NCBI GenBank assembly: GCA_003516025.1
Contig: CP023991.1
Span: 240,001 to 272,000 of the forward strand
Direction: 5' to 3'
DNA from: Candidatus Saccharimonadota bacterium
GTDB taxonomy: Bacteria; Patescibacteriota; Saccharimonadia; Saccharimonadales; UBA4665
Length of the DNA: 32,000 nucleotides
The notes under the pieces were generated by a model that made no database searches, was not told the DNA's origin, and was given only the letters and a program-made list of their open reading frames with translations. The position numbers were made by a program, and so were the translations under genes. The number at the start of each line of letters is the position of its first letter. Positions within the stretch are counted from its first letter, which is position 1. Positions 31,745-32,000 of the stretch are shown in pieces.

Positions 31745-32000
31745 ATGAAAAGAGCAGTCTTCATTCATGGTTGGTACGGGCACCCTACGGATGGGTGGTG
31801 GCCATGGCTGAAAACAAGTTTAGAAGAACGGGGCTTCAATGTTTTATCACCTCAATTACCACATGAAGATAAACCCCAAGCTAAAGAATGGGTTGAGGCA
31901 ATACGTCGTATAGTCGGCACACCTGATAATGAACTTTTATTAATTGGACATAGTTTAGGCTGTATCACAATTTTGAAGTATCTTAGCACTCTGAAGGATG
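31745..32000 (+). CDS. Alpha/beta serine hydrolase, YdeN/RBBP9-like (N-terminal part; continues beyond the window)
   Basis: My translation is MKRAVFIHGWYGHPTDGWWPWLKTSLEERGFNVLSPQLP...LLLIGHSLGCITILKYL, which includes a GHSLG nucleophile elbow. Confidence 0.7.
   Translation, partial: MKRAVFIHGWYGHPTDGWWPWLKTSLEERGFNVLSPQLPHEDKPQAKEWVEAIRRIVGTPDNELLLIGHSLGCITILKYLSTLKD

Noticed and set aside
1-32000. CRISPR arrays, rRNA genes, transposase/IS elements
   Set aside because: I saw no regularly spaced direct repeats, no rRNA-like conserved blocks and no transposase-like ORFs. The only recombinase is the serine integrase at 27250-28800.

Overview
The backbone is a mid-GC, compact bacterial chromosome. 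From gene content I guess it is CPR/Saccharibacteria-like, but I cannot verify that without a database search. Housekeeping genes: a partial DEAD-box helicase, folD, murI, murD, speH, tRNA-Lys and tRNA-Glu. Envelope and surface genes: rhomboid protease, YihY, a PcsB-like coiled-coil CHAP hydrolase, a class F sortase and an LPNTG-anchored protein. Signalling genes: a PAS protein, three stand-alone receiver proteins and a multi-TM histidine kinase.

The main result is two islands of roughly two-thirds G+C (about 5070-7060 on the minus strand and 22330-24945 on the plus strand) carrying actinobacterial-type genes. Island 1 carries an Rpf-LysM-M23 wall hydrolase. Island 2 carries a coiled-coil/Pro-rich protein and a 6-TM 614-aa protein. 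Each island sits inside its own copy of one conserved low-GC non-coding scaffold. In order, the scaffold has:
- a TTGACA-N17-TA(C/G)TAT promoter
- a terminated RNA of about 220 nt that contains a 17-nt arm
- a TAGGGAG hairpin
- the cargo genes
- a C7 tract
- the complementary arm, 2.3-3 kb away from the first arm

The arms differ between the two copies by two compensatory changes. I could not match this scaffold to any element class I know.

Other notable loci:
- a tandem array of single-gene, leaderless-type cassettes next to tRNA-Lys, each headed by a copy of the tRNA 3' end
- a roughly 4.4-kb element at tRNA-Glu with a large serine recombinase, an SRA-HNH nuclease and a TerS-like gene

All calls come from reading the sequence and the ORF track by eye. 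No searches or folding programs were run.
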